A stretch of 64,000 nt of DNA from Candidatus Buchananbacteria bacterium (GTDB lineage Bacteria > Patescibacteriota > Patescibacteriia > Buchananbacterales > UBA6539). Location: positions 1,550 through 65,549 of the forward strand of contig JABWCG010000004.1 in assembly GCA_013359225.1 (NCBI GenBank), in the 5' to 3' direction. This document shows, piece after piece, positions 46,904-55,526 of the stretch. The translations under genes and the position numbers were made by a program. The notes beneath the pieces are model-generated. The model saw only the letters and a program-made list of their open reading frames with translations. It was not told the DNA's origin and did no database searches. Position 1 is the stretch's first letter; each line of letters opens with the position of its first letter.

Positions 46904-47344
46904 CTATTTTACCTTTTCAACCAGCGGGGTGAGTGGCTTTTCTTTTGGTTTGATATTTTTATCTACTTTTTTATAATCTTCAACTTTTTCAAAACGCGAT
47001 TTTTTTTCTTCACCAGCGCTGCACTTGCCGTGCAGGACCGCGCCTGAACCAATGGTTAAAACGGTGGCTCGGACATCGCCAAAAACTTTAGCCGTGCCGG
47101 TTAATTCTAGGCTGCCGTCAACCCGGACATTGCCCTGCACCTCGCCGGCAATTAAAGCATTGGCGGCTGAAATGTTGGCAAAGATTTTAGCCTGTTCGCC
47201 GACCCGTAAATTTTTTTCCGTTTGGATATTTCCGGAAACCACCCCTTCAATAATAATGTCGCCGTTAGCAATAAAATTTCCTTCAACTTGTACGGACGGA
47301 CCAATAATGGTTTCGATCTCGCCGCTTTCTTCTTTTCTAAACAT
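46904..47344 (-). CDS. Bactofilin (polymer-forming cytoskeletal protein)
   Basis: TIIGPSVQVEGN...IIIEG...GNI, IAGEVQGNV, GDV....L.I..GA.L.G. Confidence 0.9.
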   Translation of the reverse strand: MFRKEESGEIETIIGPSVQVEGNFIANGDIIIEGVVSGNIQTEKNLRVGEQAKIFANISAANALIAGEVQGNVRVDGSLELTGTAKVFGDVRATVLTIGSGAVLHGKCSAGEEKKSRFEKVEDYKKVDKNIKPKEKPLTPLVEKVK

Positions 47345-47479
47345 AATATTAAGAGGGTTAGTGAGTTATTTTACTTTTTTATTCTAGGCCGTTTTGGCGT
47401 TACTGTCAATTTGAAATTATCTCTTGATTTATTTAGTTGGTTGTGTTATGGTAAGGTCTGTTACTATTTATTTTAACTT

Positions 47480-47749
47480 ATGCCAGTAAAGAAAGCAGCT
47501 TTTAAAGCGCTACGACAAAGCAAGCGTAAGGCTAATATCAATCTTAAAGTTAAAAGCGACATTATCGCTTTAACTCGCCGAATTAATAAGGCGATTTTGG
47601 CGAAAGACGAAGCTAAAGCCAAAGATTGGTTAAAACAGCTCATCAAGAAAGTCGATAAAGCGACTCAGAATAAGGTGATGAAAAAAAATACTGCCGGCCG
47701 CAAGAAATCTCGCTTAACCAAAGCAGTCAACGCGCTTAGTAAAAAATAG
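47480..47749 (+). CDS. rpsT: 30S ribosomal protein S20
   Basis: KAAFKALRQSKR, VDKA....VMKKNTAGRKKSRL. Confidence 0.95.
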   Translation: MPVKKAAFKALRQSKRKANINLKVKSDIIALTRRINKAILAKDEAKAKDWLKQLIKKVDKATQNKVMKKNTAGRKKSRLTKAVNALSKK

Positions 47750-47751
47750 AT

Positions 47752-48741
47752 TCAATTTTTAATTACTAACAAGTCAAACAACAGCTCGGCGCTCGTTTGG
47801 CTTGTTTTTAATTGGTAATCAATTACCAGCAGGTGGCGGTAGATTTTTTTCAAGTTCTCAAGCTGATAGTGCCGGCAGGCCTCGGCGGTTTTTTTAATCA
47901 CAAACGGGTGAAGTCCGATTTGGTAGCTGAGGCGTGCAGGCGGGTAACTCGCGCCGTGGCGTTCCATAAAGTCTTTGACGAGCAGCAGATTTTTGAATTG
48001 CCAGGTAATTTTAGCCAGTAGTTCGGTTGGCGCGGTTCCGGACTGTAATTGGTCGGCGATTAATTTTAAAGCTAATGATTTACGGCGTTGGCCAAGCGCA
48101 TCGGTGAGTTTAAAAATATCATCGTCAAGCCTGGTTTTAACCAATAGCTCAACGTCGTTGGTGGTGATTACTCTTGCTTTGGCGTAGTTGATTAATTTAT
48201 CAACCTCGCCGTTTAGCTGCCACAAATCGTTTCCGGTGAGGTCAACAAGCAAGCGTAACGCACCCGGTTCAATTTGAGCACCCCGCCGCTTAATTTCATC
48301 GGCCGCAAAGCGAACGACGTCTGATGTGTTTAGCAGTTCAAACTCCTGCGCATATTTTTCTTTTTTCAACTTAGCCAATAGGTTTTGTTCTCGGCTGGTG
48401 GTGGACTTGGTTTTTTTGGCCTTCGCGGGTCCGATTTCGCTTTCCCAAAATACTAAAATAGTGTCGGTGATTATTTTATTATTTAAAATATCAAGAATTT
48501 CTTTTTGGATTTTAGGGCTTTTATTTTTAGAGATTAAATCCTCGATAATCACCAGTCTTTTTTTAGCCAGAAATGCTGGCGCAAAGACCGCATTTTCAAA
48601 CTCGGCCGGGTCCAGCTTGGCACCAGATAGCGTTTGCACATTAAGCCCTGATTTATCGATTTCACGGATAAATTTATCTTTGATTTGTGACAGTTTTTGG
48701 CGAGACCGAAACGTGTCTGGCCCGTATAAGAAGATAATCAT
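47752..48741 (-). CDS. holA: DNA polymerase III delta subunit
   Basis: IFLYGPD, FLAKKRLVII, GNDLWQLNGEVDKL, IFKLTDAL, HPFV; next to rpsT. Confidence 0.9.
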   Translation of the reverse strand: MIIFLYGPDTFRSRQKLSQIKDKFIREIDKSGLNVQTLSGAKLDPAEFENAVFAPAFLAKKRLVIIEDLISKNKSPKIQKEILDILNNKIITDTILVFWESEIGPAKAKKTKSTTSREQNLLAKLKKEKYAQEFELLNTSDVVRFAADEIKRRGAQIEPGALRLLVDLTGNDLWQLNGEVDKLINYAKARVITTNDVELLVKTRLDDDIFKLTDALGQRRKSLALKLIADQLQSGTAPTELLAKITWQFKNLLLVKDFMERHGASYPPARLSYQIGLHPFVIKKTAEACRHYQLENLKKIYRHLLVIDYQLKTSQTSAELLFDLLVIKN

Positions 48742-48807
48742 AGGCGAGGTTTATTGTAGCAAAAAACCTCGTTGGTTTAAAGCCTGGCAAAATGCTACAA
48801 TAATTTT

Positions 48808-50214
48808 ATGTCAAAAACCTCAGTTGATTACTATTTATTAGAACAGGAGCGCTTGGCCGAATATCGGCGCACCCAGCCGGAGCTGGTAACGCCCAGGCGT
48901 AAACACACCTATGAAGAAATTTTAAAACACATTGGTATTGAGTTTGATTTTGGTTATTTACCCCAAGGTTATTTGAACTTATACCCCCAAGATTTTATTG
49001 TGGAAGAGCTCGATTTGGCCGGCGGTGTTAGTACTATTGAACCAAATCAACAGGAAACCGTTCCGGCTAAGCCGTCCGGGAGGTCGACGCTTTATGCCGA
49101 CTTGGTGAAAGTCGGCTTTTCTAGTATTGAGGCGGTTCAGACGCTCGCCGCCGGCCTTGGTGTTGACGTCAAAGAAATTGGCTATGCTGGAATTAAAGAC
49201 AAGGTAGCGATTACGAGCCAAAGAATCTCGATACGAAATTTTGAGATTGAAAAATTAAAGCAGTTCCATGGAGAGGGGGTTTTTCTTAAGAACTACACTT
49301 GGGGTAAGGGTGTTGTTGGGCGTGGCGCTATTTCGGGAAATCGTTTTACGATTACCGTGCGAACGCCGGTGACGCTGGGTCAGGGATGGCTAGACACATC
49401 CCTTAAAAAGTTAGAAAACGGCTTTTATAATTTTTATTTTTTGCAGCGGTTTGGCTCCCCTCGCCTACTAAGTCACGCTTTAGGCCGAATCATTCTACAA
49501 CAAGATTATGAACAGGCCGTTAGAGTGTTTTTGTCGGATCAAGGAGTGCAAGATGTTGGGCTACTTAATCGCGTTCGCGAACAGGCCGCGCGCGATTTTG
49601 GCAAATGGGCAGAACTGGAACAGGCGTTTTCGCTACTCCCCTACACTTTTCGGTTAGAACTTGCGTTGGTACGATATCTTAAAAATCATCCCGCCGACTT
49701 TCGGGGGGCGTTAAAACAAATTGACGACCAAGTAACACTTTGGGTGTATGCGTATGCAAGCTATTTGTTTAATAAACACCTGTCCAGTTTGATTGCGCGA
49801 GCCGAAAATTTGCCGGCTGAGCTGCCCTTGTTGTTAAACCCCGCTTATAAAACGGTTGATACGTATGTTGCAAACCTTGAACGTGACGGCATTACTGACT
49901 TGGGAAAAAGCGTGATTAAAATTTTTGGTCATAATGTGTTGCAATCTAAAAATAGTACTGCCACAGTTCATCCCGCCAAGATCAATGTGGTTAAGATTAT
50001 TGAGGGTGCGGTAGTGATTAATTTTGATTTGCCGAAAGCGGCTTACGCCACAACATTTTTAACCCATATGTTTTCGCTTTTTCGGGGCCTGCCCTTGCCG
50101 GAATGGCTGAATAAAGAAAAGGTGGATGGTAAAAAAATTCTGGGTCTTGGCTCGGTTGAGGATTGTGAGCAAGTTTTGGGGGACTATATTTTTACACCTC
50201 ATCTAGAAGAGTAA
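48808..50214 (+). CDS. truD: tRNA pseudouridine(13) synthase TruD
   Basis: PQDFIVEE, YAGIKDK.AIT.Q, GNRFTI, NFYFLQRFG, F.LPKAAYAT. Confidence 0.88.
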   Translation: MSKTSVDYYLLEQERLAEYRRTQPELVTPRRKHTYEEILKHIGIEFDFGYLPQGYLNLYPQDFIVEELDLAGGVSTIEPNQQETVPAKPSGRSTLYADLVKVGFSSIEAVQTLAAGLGVDVKEIGYAGIKDKVAITSQRISIRNFEIEKLKQFHGEGVFLKNYTWGKGVVGRGAISGNRFTITVRTPVTLGQGWLDTSLKKLENGFYNFYFLQRFGSPRLLSHALGRIILQQDYEQAVRVFLSDQGVQDVGLLNRVREQAARDFGKWAELEQAFSLLPYTFRLELALVRYLKNHPADFRGALKQIDDQVTLWVYAYASYLFNKHLSSLIARAENLPAELPLLLNPAYKTVDTYVANLERDGITDLGKSVIKIFGHNVLQSKNSTATVHPAKINVVKIIEGAVVINFDLPKAAYATTFLTHMFSLFRGLPLPEWLNKEKVDGKKILGLGSVEDCEQVLGDYIFTPHLEE

Positions 50215-50233
50215 AATTATTGAAACAAAAGGA

Positions 50234-50275
50234 AAGAGGCTCGACACAGACTGTTAGGTCTTGGTCGAGCCTCTT
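50234..50275. terminator. Terminator hairpin between convergent genes
   Basis: AAGAGGCTCGAC...GTCGAGCCTCTT. Confidence 0.65.
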
Positions 50276-50297
50276 GTTGTGCGTGCAGGTTGGACCG

Positions 50298-50918
50298 CTA
50301 CTCGTCGACTTCGTCGACGTGAGCGGTCACGGGGACTGCGCACAGTTCGTGGTTACGCACCACGAGAGCGTTTTCGGGGTCGCGATACTTGCCGGCTCCG
50401 TCATCCCACTGGCGTCCGACGAGGTTGATTGTCGCCGTCTTGTCCGGATTGCTCCAGACATGGGCATACTGCCAGGTGGTGTTGGCGAGTTCGCGCAGGG
50501 CGCGGGTGGTTCCTTCCGGCAGGTCGGCCGACGTCGTCGCTTCGCGGTCAAACGTGAGGCACACCATGTGCTTGGGTTTGTGGCCGCGCTGCGCCGGGGG
50601 TTTGGTGAAGTAGTGGGCGTCGGTGAGACGATACCCGTTATTCACCAGTCCGCGCCGGATCATCGCCGTCTGGACCATGCCCAGGTTCTGGATCACCGGC
50701 GTGCCGGTGTCCACCCTGCCTTCGCGGTGGCGTCCGATTTGGGCCTCTTCCGTTTGCCCAGACTGGACCGCCGAAACCATGTGAGTGGCATCTACCACGT
50801 GGTCGGCTTCCCGCTTCTTTACGGGGATTCCGTTCGGGATATGTTTGTCGTTGGTGAACGCGAATTTCACGATCACTCGCGACGGACCGTTCCCATTCAA
50901 ACTCAAACATTGCTGCAT
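50298..50918 (-). CDS. Hypothetical protein (strongly GC-rich solo gene)
   Basis: Probable start MQQCLS with SD AGAGGAG; own promoter upstream; C/G-ending codons on this strand. Confidence 0.65.
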   Translation of the reverse strand: MQQCLSLNGNGPSRVIVKFAFTNDKHIPNGIPVKKREADHVVDATHMVSAVQSGQTEEAQIGRHREGRVDTGTPVIQNLGMVQTAMIRRGLVNNGYRLTDAHYFTKPPAQRGHKPKHMVCLTFDREATTSADLPEGTTRALRELANTTWQYAHVWSNPDKTATINLVGRQWDDGAGKYRDPENALVVRNHELCAVPVTAHVDEVDE

Positions 50919-50993
50919 GGCCGTTTCTCCTCTATTGTTGGCCCTATAAACCCGTTGTTTATCGCCCCATTCCCGTGAAAAGAGCAATAAATT

Positions 50994-51022
50994 ATCATAG
51001 CATATTTGGCTTAAAAAGTCAA
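50994..51022 (-). promoter_or_regulatory. Sigma70 promoter with extended -10
   Basis: TTGACT-N17-TATGAT with TGn; TGCTCTTTTCAC follows the predicted start site. Confidence 0.6.
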
Positions 51023-51032
51023 TATATTAAAC

Positions 51033-51060
51033 AAAAAATGGCCTTATTCAGGCCATTTTT
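51033..51060 (-). terminator. polA terminator
   Basis: AAAAAATGGCCT...AGGCCATTTTT. Confidence 0.7.
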
Positions 51061-51095
51061 GATAATCTTAGTTTAAATTTAGCTCAGTTTAGTAA

Positions 51096-53825
51096 TTAAT
51101 CAAAACTGGCAAGCTCGCCCCAGTTCTCCCCGGCTTTCAGGTGGGTTTCCACTGGTGCGCGGAGCTTATAAATTCCTTCCATGGCAGTTTTAACAAACAC
51201 TGCTACTTGTTTAAGGTCAGCCTCGGGTACCTCAAAGACTAATTCGTCGTGGACTTGTAAAAGCATGCGGGCATCAGGACAGATGTTAGGCAGACCCTGA
51301 TGGATCTCAATCATCGCGAGTTTCATTAAGTCGGCGGCGGTGCCTTGGATAGGGTGATTAATTGCCGCGCGTTCGGCAGCGGCACGAATTTGTTGGATGT
51401 TGGAGTTAATTTCCGGAAAATACCGACGGCGGCCAAACCAGGTTTCAACGTATCCTTTGTCAGACGCAAGTTCTTTGGTTTTGTCTAAGAAATCTTTAAT
51501 GGAGTGGTGAATTTCAAAATAGCGGTCAATAAAATCCATAGCGCGTTGACGACTAATACCGGTGCCGGCGGCTAGACCCCACGCTCCCTGGCCATAAATA
51601 ATACCAAAGTTAACGGCTTTGGCGGCGTAGCGCATTTCTTTAGTAACTTTTTCCAGCGGCACCTCGTTGATTTCGGCAGCGGTGCGAGCGTGAATGTCCT
51701 CTCCCTTTTTGAATGAAGCAATCATTTTTTCATCATTAGCGAGTGACGCGATAATACGTAGTTCAATTTGGGAATAGTCAGCCGACAACAGTCGGTAGCC
51801 CTTAGGCGCCACAAAGGCTTTACGAATTTGATTGCCTAGTTCGGTGCGAATGGGAATGTTTTGGAGGTTTGGTTCGGACGAACTCAAGCGACCGGTAGCC
51901 GCTACCGTTTGATTAAAACTGGTATGTAGTCGAGCGGAATTATCAACTAGTTTAGGTAAGGCATCAAGATAGGTTGATTTTAATTTAGTCAGCTCGCGAT
52001 ATTTAATAATATGATCAATAATTTTGTGAGACCCCTGGAGTTTTTCGAGTTCAGCCGCGGCGGTTGAAACACCAGTCTTGGTATGAGCCAGGCCTTGCGT
52101 TGAAATATTTAATTTCTCAAATAAAATTTCTTTCAGCTGCAAGGGTGAAGCAATGTTAAACGTTGTGCCGGCCAGTTTGTAAATTGTGTCTTCAAGCGTT
52201 TTAATGTCTTTGGTCACCGCTTTGCTCATTTGATTTAGAAACTTAGTATCAAGTAATACGCCATTTTTTTCCATATTGGCTAACACCGGCACCAAGGGCA
52301 TTTCAATTTTTTCAAACAAGCCGAGATTATTTTTAGTTTCTAATTCCACGCGCAGTGGTTCAACCAGCCGCCAAGTAAAATCGGCGTCTTCACAAGCATA
52401 GTCAGATACTTGATCAAGCGGCACGTCTTTAAGGGTAATCTGTCCCTTGCCCTTGCCAATTAGGTCGGTAATCGGCTGCATTTGATAGCCTAATTCCGTA
52501 AACACCAGTCCGTCTAAATTGTGTTGACGACTGCCGGGGTTAACAAGATAGGAGGCAATCATGGTGTCAAAGTGGACACCCCTAACATTAATGCCGGCGT
52601 GATCCAGGCTTTCTAAGTCAAACTTGATATTGTGTCCGGCTTTTTTGATGGTAGCGTCTTCAAGAATCGGTTTGATTTGGTTCAGCCATTCAGGTTTAGC
52701 AACCAGATAATAGGCTTTGCCGGCTTGCCAAGCGACACTAATACCAAGTAGTTCGCTTTGAAACGGGTCAAGGCCGGAAGTTTCAGTGTCCAGCGCAAAT
52801 ATTTTTTGGGCAGTAAGTTCTTTAAAGAATTTTTTAAAGTCGATGTCGGTGTTGACTAAGCGATAATCGAATTTTTTTGATTTGGTTTTAGCCGACGATT
52901 CAAACCTAAAGCTGTCTTGGCCCTTGGGTGTGCCTTTGGCTAACTCTTTTGGTAGTTTGGCAATTAGTGATTTAAATTCCAGTTCCTGAAATATGTCTAA
53001 TACCCGGTTGATATCGTAACCTTCAACTTTGGAATCGGTAAGCGAAAAGTTAATCGGTACGGTATCGACCAACTGAGACAATTCTTTTGACATGAAGGCT
53101 TCTTTTTTTTGTTCAGATAACAGCTTACGGTAGCGTTCGGTAATTTTTGGTGAGCCCAAATTATTATAGAGGTTTTCTAATGTCTTAAATTGTTGTAGCA
53201 AGCTGATCGCGCCTTTTTCGCCGATGCCGCGAACACCCGGAATATTGTCGGATGGGTCACCGCGCAATGCTTTATAATCAACGATTTGTTCCGGGGTGAG
53301 GCCATCAAAGCGTCGACGGACTTCATCGGGCGTGTAAATCAAGGTATCAGAAATGCCTTTATGCATGGTTAAAACTTCCGTGTTATCATCAACAAGCTGC
53401 AGCGTGTCCATGTCACCGGTAACAATAACGGATTTAATTTTTTCAACGTCAGGGTGGCGCGTCAGGGTGGCAATCACGTCGTCGGCCTCAAACCCTTCCT
53501 GCTCATAGATTGGGATATTAAAAGCCCGAACTATTTCTTTAATCCGGGGGAACTGTTGATAGAGCTCATCAACCTGCTTGGTGCGGGTAGCTTTGTACTC
53601 GGTGTATTGTTTATGGCGAAATGTCGGCGCGGCCAAATCAAAAGTAACAGCCAGGTAATCTGGTTTAAGATCTTTTAGGACTTTTAACAGCGTCATGGTA
53701 AAGCCGTAAACCGCGTTAACAATCTCGCCGTTTTTAGTAGTCATGGTCGGCGGCAGAGCGTGAAAGGCGCGGTGGACTAGGGCGTTACCGTCAATGATGA
53801 CGAATTTTTCTTGTTTTTTAGCCAT
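51096..53825 (-). CDS. polA: DNA polymerase I
   Basis: IDGNALVHRAFHAL, EADD, GDPSDNIPGV, DTET, TGRLSSSEPNLQNIP, DYSQIELR, VHDEL. Confidence 0.97.
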   Translation of the reverse strand: MAKKQEKFVIIDGNALVHRAFHALPPTMTTKNGEIVNAVYGFTMTLLKVLKDLKPDYLAVTFDLAAPTFRHKQYTEYKATRTKQVDELYQQFPRIKEIVRAFNIPIYEQEGFEADDVIATLTRHPDVEKIKSVIVTGDMDTLQLVDDNTEVLTMHKGISDTLIYTPDEVRRRFDGLTPEQIVDYKALRGDPSDNIPGVRGIGEKGAISLLQQFKTLENLYNNLGSPKITERYRKLLSEQKKEAFMSKELSQLVDTVPINFSLTDSKVEGYDINRVLDIFQELEFKSLIAKLPKELAKGTPKGQDSFRFESSAKTKSKKFDYRLVNTDIDFKKFFKELTAQKIFALDTETSGLDPFQSELLGISVAWQAGKAYYLVAKPEWLNQIKPILEDATIKKAGHNIKFDLESLDHAGINVRGVHFDTMIASYLVNPGSRQHNLDGLVFTELGYQMQPITDLIGKGKGQITLKDVPLDQVSDYACEDADFTWRLVEPLRVELETKNNLGLFEKIEMPLVPVLANMEKNGVLLDTKFLNQMSKAVTKDIKTLEDTIYKLAGTTFNIASPLQLKEILFEKLNISTQGLAHTKTGVSTAAAELEKLQGSHKIIDHIIKYRELTKLKSTYLDALPKLVDNSARLHTSFNQTVAATGRLSSSEPNLQNIPIRTELGNQIRKAFVAPKGYRLLSADYSQIELRIIASLANDEKMIASFKKGEDIHARTAAEINEVPLEKVTKEMRYAAKAVNFGIIYGQGAWGLAAGTGISRQRAMDFIDRYFEIHHSIKDFLDKTKELASDKGYVETWFGRRRYFPEINSNIQQIRAAAERAAINHPIQGTAADLMKLAMIEIHQGLPNICPDARMLLQVHDELVFEVPEADLKQVAVFVKTAMEGIYKLRAPVETHLKAGENWGELASFD

Positions 53826-53908
53826 AGAAGCATTATAACATCTTTGTTTTAGATAAAGAAAAAGCGCACCAATATTTCTAATAGGTGCGCGTGACAATAA
53901 AGATCGGA

Positions 53909-54325
53909 TTAGCTTTGCGCCAAAATTGTGGCGCGGCGGTCTGGGTGTTGTCCGCTGACAAAACCCTTGCCGTCGGCGGCCAGGAGTAGGCCTCTCACGA
54001 ATACCGGTTGGGTAAAAACGTTGTTGGCGCCAGCGGCAATGCAGCGTTCGGCTAATTGCCTGTAGAGTTCCTCGGTTGCCGTCAGGGCGACAACCGTTTC
54101 AGCCGTTCGCAATTTTCGCGTCCGGCTGATTAGTTCCACGTCGTCGGCGTTTTCTAACCGGATAATCAACGGCTTGAGGCCGTGTTGAGCTGTCCAGTCG
54201 GCCAAGTGATCAACATCCGAAAAGACTTGAACGCGGATGTTAAAATCGCTGATTTGGACTGCCAGGGCGTGCAAGGCATCATTGAGGTTACCTAGCAGGC
54301 AAATCGTTTGATGGTTAGTAACCAA
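53909..54325 (-). CDS. Atypical receiver (CheY-like) domain protein
   Basis: VVALTA...CIAAGANNVFTQP resembles the receiver C-terminus but the phospho-acceptor context is degenerate; SD AAGGAG. Confidence 0.55.
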   Translation of the reverse strand: MVTNHQTICLLGNLNDALHALAVQISDFNIRVQVFSDVDHLADWTAQHGLKPLIIRLENADDVELISRTRKLRTAETVVALTATEELYRQLAERCIAAGANNVFTQPVFVRGLLLAADGKGFVSGQHPDRRATILAQS

Positions 54326-54337
54326 TCAGTTACTCCT

Positions 54338-55396
54338 TTAGCCAAGCTGTTGTCGGACATTGATTCCGTAAAACGCTTCCAACCGGGAAAACGTTTCCGG
54401 GGCGTTATGATGAACTTCATCCAAAGCTTGCCGGCAGGCAGCCTCGGCTGAATCATCAACCGGTCCAAGCGGCGGCCGCATGGTACCGGTATCAAGACCA
54501 AGGATGCGCATCATGGTTTTGATGGCGCAGGGGTTGGGCCACTTGTCGGTGACGTGGCTTTGGGGATCGTGGTTAGTTCGCGGTCCGGCTGAACTGACGC
54601 CAACTTTACCAAACAGCGGGTTGAGTTGTTGGTTAAGTTGGCGGCCAAGCGCACAGTTGCGACGAAGAATGGCCTTAACCATCCGGTCAATCGGGTTTGG
54701 GATGATGTTACTCATCACCGAAATCACACCGTCGCCGGCAATGCCGTCGGCAATCATCATGTCAGCAGTGATGGCGTCATCGCCGCTGAAAATCTTGAAA
54801 TGCTCAAGGATCCCAATTTCGTTTTGGACCAAGAAGCGCGTCCGGCGCATGTTTTCAAGATCGCCTGTTGCCTCTTTGACCGCACGAACGTTGGGGCACT
54901 CTTGCGCCAAGATCGCCAGGTCAAGCGGCTCAAGCTTGCAGCAGGTGCGTCCCGGGATGATGTAGGGCACGACCAGACATTTGGGGTTGGCGTGGTAGAC
55001 GGCTCGCGCAATCGGTTGGTGGTAGTGTTGGCGCAATTGAGCCGAAGCTGGCTTGTTGTAATAAGGCTCAACCAGCAAAACCCCGTCCGCGCCATCTTCG
55101 GCCGCCTCAATGGAGGCTTTGAGGGCTTCGGCGGTGTTATTGCTGCCAGTGCCGGCCAGAACAAAGACTCGACCCTTGGTCCAAGAGATCACGCGCCTGA
55201 TTAGGCGGTAGTGTTCTTCCCAGGTTAGGGTTGGGCTTTCGCCGGTGGTGCCGCAAGGCAGTACGCCAGCCACGCCTTGGCTGATTTGAAATTCCAGGTT
55301 GCGCTGCAGGCGCTCCCAATCAATTTCGCCGTTTTCGGTGAACGGCGTCACCAGGGCGGTGGTTACGCCCACCAGTCGCGACTGTGGTTTTTCCAT
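54338..55396 (-). CDS. dapA: 4-hydroxy-tetrahydrodipicolinate synthase
   Basis: TALVTPF, CGTTGESPTL, AGTGSNNT, PYYNKP, Y.IPGRT, VKEA, SGDD. Confidence 0.9.
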   Translation of the reverse strand: MEKPQSRLVGVTTALVTPFTENGEIDWERLQRNLEFQISQGVAGVLPCGTTGESPTLTWEEHYRLIRRVISWTKGRVFVLAGTGSNNTAEALKASIEAAEDGADGVLLVEPYYNKPASAQLRQHYHQPIARAVYHANPKCLVVPYIIPGRTCCKLEPLDLAILAQECPNVRAVKEATGDLENMRRTRFLVQNEIGILEHFKIFSGDDAITADMMIADGIAGDGVISVMSNIIPNPIDRMVKAILRRNCALGRQLNQQLNPLFGKVGVSSAGPRTNHDPQSHVTDKWPNPCAIKTMMRILGLDTGTMRPPLGPVDDSAEAACRQALDEVHHNAPETFSRLEAFYGINVRQQLG

Positions 55397-55470
55397 GACT
55401 TAACCTCTGGTTGTGTTTGGCCAAATTTTACAGGGCAAAAACTTGAAGCAGAAAAAAACTACTTCTGCTA

Positions 55471-55499
55471 AACATAGTAAAAATGTTGTTTTTTGTCAA
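55471..55499 (-). promoter_or_regulatory. Sigma70 promoter for dapA
   Basis: TTGACA-N17-TATGTT. Confidence 0.5.
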
Positions 55500-55526
55500 T
55501 TATTTTGGTAAAATAATTCTAAGTTT

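Noticed and set aside
50220-50978. 252 aa plus-strand ORF
   Set aside because: Antisense shadow of the GC-rich minus-strand gene, which has the promoter and SD; it also runs through a terminator hairpin
54480-55471. Several long overlapping ORFs on both strands within dapA
   Set aside because: Shadow frames expected in GC-rich coding DNA; dapA motifs define the real frame
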